DNA from: Lama glama
Taxonomy: Eukaryota
Reading direction: 5' to 3'
DNA: 64,000 bases
Assembly: GCA_028534125.1 (NCBI GenBank)
Contig: CM052832.1
Span: forward strand, 16,308,001 to 16,372,000
Position numbers and translations under genes: made by a program. The notes under the pieces are model-generated. The model had not been told where the DNA came from and made no database searches. It saw only the letters and a list, made by a program, of their open reading frames with translations. Each line of letters opens with the position of its first letter. The stretch's first letter is position 1. Shown piece after piece: positions 54,401-64,000 of the stretch.

Positions 54401-57400
54401 ACGGGTAGCATGGGTGAGGAGATCAACGCTGCCAAAATCCAGGCTCGCCACATTGTGGAGCAGCGGCTGGGAAGCCCCATGGAGCCCAGCCACTACATCC
54501 TGGTGCCTTTCCATGACCCAGGTAACTGTGGTATGGCTGGGGTAGTGGACAGAAGTCCAGGGCGAGGGGTAAATGCCACTGGTAGGAAAGTGCCCTCATG
54601 ACTTCACTTCTGTAGTAAAATGGAGGCACTTTCTGTAGTCCTGGCTGAGCCTGTACTGGTACCTGTGTGCATACAGGAAACAATGGGCCACTTCTTCCGC
54701 TATTTCCAAAATGACAGCACTTTCCATGTGAGTTTAGTCATGATACATGCTTAGACAGGTGGCCTCTGCTTTCTTAGGCTTCCATTCTAGTAAGTCATTT
54801 TCAATTCTCTCCATTTCCTGTAGACAGAGGTTGGGATGAAGATGGGGGTGCTGGCGGGTCCAGGCCTTTGTGAAATGTTTGAGTCAGCTAGTTACATCAT
54901 ATTCCTTTCCCTGCTGAACTGGAAGTCAAATCACTTGACCTGAGTCGACTGTGTGTCTCGCTGTGTGTCCTTAGGCTGATTGTTTAACCTCTCTTTTCTC
55001 AATTTCATCATCCATAAAATGTATCAGTACTTGCCTTATCCTGCCTAACTCCCATAGTTGAAATGATCATCAAATAAAATTTGGACTGAGAATCCCCTAA
55101 GGGCAGAGTTTGAGCCTGATTTGCATGTATAAATCTCATAGTAGCTGACATTCGGTAGAGGCTTATCACATATTAGATGAAGGTGTGAGTAAATTAATAA
55201 GTAAGAATTTAGCACCTACTGTGTGTCAAAGCACTGTTCTTAGATTTACAAAATCAATTCAGTCATCCCAATAACCCTGTCTGAGGTAAATACTATTATT
55301 TCTCTGGCTTTTCTGTGAAGAAACTGAGGCCCTGACACATTGTAAAATGATTATAAATCAATAAAAAGTTAAAAAAAAAAAAGAAAGAAACTGAGGCCCT
55401 AGTTTTATTTTTTTCTTAATCAAACTATAATTGATTTACAATGTTTCAGGTGTACAGTGAAGTGATTCAGTTATGTATATTCCATTATAGGTTATTACAA
55501 GATATTAAATATAGTTCCTTGTGCTATATAGTAGGTCCTTGTAGTTTATCTGTTTTATATGTAGTAGTGTGTAACTGTTAATCTCAAACTCCTAATTTAT
55601 CCCTCCCTCCCCCTTTCCCCTTTGGTAACCATAAGGTTGTTTTCTATGTCTGTGAGTCTATTTCTGTTTTGTAAATAAGTTCATGTGTATCATTCTTTCA
55701 GATTCCACATATAAGTGATACATGACATTTGTCTTTCTCTGATTTACTTCACTTAGTATGATAATCTCTAGGTCCATCCATGTTGCTGCCCTAGTTGTTT
55801 TTTTATACTTATACATATACCCAAAAAGGCCCACTCAGGATCACAGGAAGTGCCACCATTTTGTGAGGAAATGAGGTCCACTTTCCCATCAGAGGTACCT
55901 AGCCCCTACCTTGTCCTACCCTGTGTGTATAAATATAACAGAATATTGTTATCTCAATATTTGTCCACCCAAGGAACACAGTGGACCTCTTGACTGGGGA
56001 GATGGCCCTGGGTGGGAGTGAGGGGAGATCTCTTCTCACTCATTTCAATCTCCTTTCTCCTTCCCCAGGGTTTGGTCCTGTCTTTACAACCAGTGACCCT
56101 GACAGTTTCTGGAAACAACTCAATGAGTTACATGCCTTGGGAGGTGGAGACGAGCCCGAGATGTGCCTGTCAGCTCTAGAGGTCTGCCCTCCCTACCCTG
56201 TCCCTTCTTCTCCCCTCCTTTCCAGGCCCCACCATCAAGGGAGCTAGAGCTTCCCTGGGACCCCACCCTCAGCTCATTTTCAGAGCCTAATCCCACTAGC
56301 TTCACTCCAGGTTCCAGGGCCCGATTGCCTTCTACTCTGCCCTCCCTTGCTCTACCCATTCCCCTACTGCCACCATTTTTTTTTAACATCAATCTTTTAC
56401 CTCCCTTCCAGCTGGCCTTGCTACACACACCTCCACTCTCAGACATCTTTGTCTTCACTGATGCCTCCCCCAAGGATGCCTTTCTCACCAACCAGGTGGA
56501 AGCCCTGACTCAGGAGCGGCGTTGCAGAGTGAGCATAGCTGGGGGGAGACTCAGTGTTAGCCACCCAGGGATGTGAGAAATCCTAGGACAACACTCTCAT
56601 AATAAGGGTCACACCCACACTATGGTGGTTAAACTAGACTTGGCTTACGTGGGGAGAAGTGGACCATTAATATAACATTTCTCAATCCCTTTAACAGTAC
56701 TAAAGAGTGGGAGACCCTACCATTAATGATACTGAATTTGTATTTGAACCTGCCCCCAGTAAACCAGTTGAAGAACTGGAGATCTGGTTGCCAACAGTCC
56801 ACTATGTGGATGACATATGGTGACAGTTACAGAGAGTGGCAACTTCTAACTGAAGGCCAGGCGTTGTGTCATTAGAAGACCCTGCTGTAGCAGCCAGAGG
56901 GTAGACAGAGAATTTATCACCAATCATCAGCTCTGTAGAAAGCTTGAGCACAGGAGACCTTTGTTTACAATGTTAGATGGCACATAGAAACCTCAAGTAC
57001 TGGCCTCTCTTCTGGACACAGGTCACATTCCTGGTGACTGAAGACCCATCTAGGTTTCATGGCCGAGCTCGACGTGAGGTCTTGTCCCCTCTGCGTTTTG
57101 AGCCATATGAAGCAGTGGCCCTGGCCTCAGGAGGAGAAGTGATCTTCACCAAAGACCAGTATATTCGCGATGTGGCAGCCATTGTTGGGGACAGCATAGC
57201 TGATCTGGTAAGGGTAGGAGCCAGACAGATCAGTGCACTCAACTCAGGACTGAGGGGATGGGTGCACTGCATTTCTCTTTCTTGTAGGAGGAGAATGGCT
57301 CCCATTGCTGGCTTGCCATTCTAGGCAGAAGGGTGGGAAAGGAAGTTTCTCTCCCTCTGAGATCCATGGCTACAAACTTCTACACTACTGTATTAGTACT

Positions 57401-59726
57401 TCCATCTCCCCCCTAGTCATGGCCTCTAGTGTTCCGTCCTCATGGCTACCCTAGAAGTCCTGCCATCTTTTAAGGGGGAGCAAGAAGTGGTTGCATCATC
57501 CTTAGTCCCTTTCCTCCAATTTTGTCATTGACCATAGCTTCAACCCTGGTCCTTCCTCCCTCAGTGGTATCCCTTCTCTATGTGTTATTTAGTTTGTCTC
57601 TACCTTTCTTTCTTCTTTGTTCCCCCCTCATCCCATGTCTTATCTTCTCCCCATTTTTCGGCCCTGCTCCCTCAAGGTGACCCTGCCCCTGGAGCCTTCT
57701 GTTGTTGTGCCTGAGAGGCCACTTGTGTTCAGTGTGGATGGGCGGCTCCAGAGGGTCACAGTCCGGATCCACGGGGAAGTCAGCAGTTTCTGGATCAGGA
57801 ATCCTGCAGGTACTTCCACGTGTGTGTCTCAAGGCAGAGGGAAGAATGGAGGTTGGAGAATGAGAGGTAATGTACTAAGGGAATGGAATTCTCATGTGAC
57901 AATCTCTTATCCCCAACACCCACTCAGGAGTCTCCCAGGGCCAGGAGGAAGGTGACGGGCCTCTAGGTCACACTCGCCGCTTTGGGCAGTTCTGGCTGGT
58001 GACCATGAATGACCCCTTGCAGACAGGAACCTGGGAGATCCAGGTCACAGCCGAGGGCATCCCCCGGGTAAGAGTGCAAGGTAAGGAGGGAGATATTTCT
58101 GGGAAAAGAAAGGAAGACTGCCAAGCTCAGAGAGCAACATCAGTCACAGCCATCTCGGGAAGGTCTCTGACTGCCTTTGCCCTCCCTCAGCCCAGACCTC
58201 CCTGGACTTCCTCTTCCACTTTGGGATCCCCAAGGAGGACGGACCCCACCCTGGCCTCTACCCCCTGACTCAACCAGTTGCAGGTACATTTACCCCCATC
58301 CCCAACTTGTTTACATATATATAAACTTTAGTGAATTACAATAAACATTTAATAAGGTCCACCAAATGTAAGTGTTCAGGTGGGTGGATTCTATATAATA
58401 CACCCATGTAACCATCACTCAGTTCAAGCTGTAGAATATTTCGCATCCCAGAACTCACTCCGGGCCCTCCCCATCCATACTCCCCAGAACCAACCCCTAT
58501 TCAAAGCTGCTCATCCTTTTCTCCTTGTCTCCAAATCTCATGCAGATCACTGTTCTCTCCCCCCCATCCCTGTCCCAGGTCTCCAGACCCAACTGCTGGT
58601 CGAAGTGACAGGGCTGGGCTCCAGAGGACACCCTGGAGATCCTCTGCCACATTTCTCCCATGTTGTCCTTCGAGGAGTCCCGCAGGGTGCTGAGCTGGGC
58701 CGGGTGCCTTTGGAGCCCGTGGGACCCCGGGAGCGAGGTCTCTTTGCTGCCTCTCTACCGCCCACACTTATGTCCACTACGGGACCCTTTTCTCTGGAGA
58801 TTATTGGCCAGGATGGAGCGGGGCAGGGCCTACACCGGGCAGCCCCCCAGCCCTGTGCTGTAGTTCCTGTCCTTCTGGAGGTGAGAAGCCAGTGGAAGGT
58901 GTGGCCAGGTCTGCAAAGAATAGGACCTGCCCCTCCCCTGACTGGCCCTCCTCTACAGCTCAGCGGTCCCCCAGGTTTCCTGGCGCCGGGAACCAAGGCC
59001 CTGCTCAGCCTCCACATTGCCAGTTTCTCAGGCCCTCGGGATCTTGATCTTAGGACATCTGTCAACCCCAGCTTCACTCTCACCTCCAACCTCTCCAGGT
59101 GAAGCCCCTGAATCCTCCTGCTCCCTTTGGGACTCATCTTTCTATCCCCAGGTTTCAGGCTCTGGTATACCTCATTAAGCCTTGCCTCCTGCCCTTTCAG
59201 ATTGGTGCTCCTCTCCCTGCCTGTGCTTGGCTCTCAGCTATTTGGAGCCTGGGGCTTCAGCCTGATATCAGTCCATGTCACTACTCTCCAGGGTTAGCCT
59301 AGAACAGAATGAGTCTGCCTGGGGGCGCCTGTGGCTGGAGGTCCCAGACTCAGCTGCCCCGGACTCTGTGGTGATGGTGACTGTGACTGCAACAGATCGA
59401 GAAGCCAGCACAGTGCCCCCAACCCATGCCTTCCTCCGGCTCCTGGTGCTGGCCCCGGCCCCACAGGTGAGGTGCCCCCACTTTCCACTGCAGAATAGGC
59501 AAGGCAAGAGGACGGTGGTACAGCCACCCTGACAGTTTCTCCTTCTCCCCAGAACCAGCTCCCTGCTCCTGTCTACTCCACTGACCCTGTCCTCACCACA
59601 ACCAGCCCTACCCTTCATCCTTCTACTTCGGTGACTCGGGGCAGAGCTGGGGGAGGGCTAGTGGGCAACCCGTGGTGGGGCACAGTTGGAGGGGCGCTGA
59701 TCCTGCTAGGCCTGGCCTCCTGCTGA
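51481..59726 (+). CDS. VWA7: von Willebrand factor A domain-containing protein 7 (G7c/NG37)
   Basis: Exons: 51481-51714, 52023-52304, 52796-52892, 53498-53608, 54042-54237, 54352-54521, 56069-56181, 56412-56528, 57022-57207, 57677-57809, 57928-58080, 58191-58283, 58579-58880, 58959-59098, 59292-59466, 59553-59726. Signal peptide followed by [39 protein letters not shown]-like LDTTGSM and VFTDAS. PolyA AATAAA at 60170-60175. Confidence 0.96.
55334..55787. mobile_element. Two adjacent L1 3'-end insertions (+ strand 55334-55384; - strand 55405-55787) within a MIR-like sequence
   Basis: TSD AAGAAACTGAGGCCCT at 55318-55333 and 55385-55400; TSD GCCCTAGTT at 55396-55404 and 55788-55796. Confidence 0.8.
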
Positions 59727-60422
59727 CACAACAGCCCCTCGAGGGATGGGTCTCCAGCGGTATTTGCTATCTTGCCCCATTGGTGAGAAGGCAACATGGT
59801 CCTCAGGACCCTACTCTCCCAGGTAGGATGGCGGTTTTCCTTCTCATGCACTTATCCCTTCTCTTTCTTAGTGGAGGGCAATGGATTCTCTCATAATGCA
59901 CTTTCCCTAACCCTTGTGGGAACCAAACCAAAGACTCATTTTTGGAGAAAGCTGCTTTCTATTCTCTGTAGCATCTTTATCCCACTACTTATTCATGCTC
60001 TCTCAGGCTCAGGTAGAGGGGAAGATAATGTGGGGGCAGAGATTAAGATTTGGAGTGTGAGGAAGGTACTCCACTTCCTACCAAAAAGTATTATTTATAA
60101 AATTGTTTTTATTGAAATTCTAGAGATGCTTCTATTTTATTTTTGTATTTAAAGTTGAAGGACAGTTTCAATAAACATGTCTTCTCCCCAGAGGGATTTC
60201 AGAGAAAGATTATGCAAATCATTTAGGGAAGAGGGAGAGTGTAAGACACCAAAAAGGTGAGATGGAAGTTTTCAGGAGAGAAGAAACTATATACCAAAAT
60301 GTTTGGACTTCATTTGACCCACTACTTGGAGCCATTTAGCTGTTGAGTCAAAAAAGGGAATAAGGAGGCTGGGGGTTCTGACCTAGCCTCCCCAGCACAA
60401 CTGAGGGGAACCAGAGGAGACC

Positions 60423-61946
<1,524 letters not shown>

Positions 61947-62388
61947 CTACCTAGTCTTTCAGCCTCTCAGAGCCCTTCCTGCTGTGTCTGCCTGAGGTTG
62001 AGGTGTTCCTACTTTAAGGAGAAAGACCATCTCCCGTGGGCTCCTGTCTTCCCTCTCGTCTGTTTTTGTAAGGTCTGTTGAAGTGGCTGGTCCTCATGGA
62101 GTCCTTCTGTGTAGAACTCAAGGGTCTCCCTCCAGCAGTGATACTGTATTTTTAATGAGGCAGGGCAGGTCCCTCTGTGGACTGCTGCTTTGCGTTTCAT
62201 CTCTTTCCTATTCTCCTGTCTGTCTGGCCTAAGGAAACAATAACTTTCTCCAAAATAAACTTTATTACTAACAGAAAACAAAATTTACAGGGAAACTGAG
62301 AACTCTAGGTCTGAAGGAGATAAGGAAACAAAGAGGGTCTGGCAGCCCCCCGGGGTCTGGGAGGCGGAGGAGGGCCGAGGAAGGACTC

Positions 62389-63794
<1,406 letters not shown>

Positions 63795-64000
63795 CTACTG
63801 GACTGCAAGTTCTTTAACGGCAAGGCCCATGTTTTGTTTATCCTTTCATTGCCAACTGTGCCCTACACAAAGCCAGGGTTCAATAAAGGTTCATGGTATT
63901 GATTCGCCCGGTGTCTGAACTGGGTACTCCCTGCCCCTAGTGTGGAGAGCAGGCAGCAGAGGGAACATTTTTCCCGTTCTACTATTTCTCAGGGATAGGA

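Overview
Mammalian MHC class III region, probably from a camelid (inferred from abundant tRNA-Ala-derived vic-1-like SINEs), reading opposite to the human reference orientation. Plus strand, in order: SLC44A4 (5'-partial), NEU1, a ~13 kb repeat-rich interval with a degenerate ERV1-class provirus and solo LTRs, a 500-N assembly gap, the divergent HSPA1A/HSPA1L promoter, HSPA1L, LSM2, VARS1 and VWA7. The gap sits where SNHG32, HSPA1B and the HSPA1A body are expected by synteny. Minus strand: SAPCD1 and the last five exons of MSH5. Exons were traced by hand from splice signals and reading frame. I found no wholly new system. The most notable observations are a U12-type intron in SLC44A4 whose only frame-preserving ends are GT-GG, a GC-AG intron in VARS1 with an in-frame competing GT donor, patchy HSPA1A-like GC3-rich tracts in HSPA1L, and a VWA7 architecture suggesting a metal-binding ecto-domain with a GPI-like tail.
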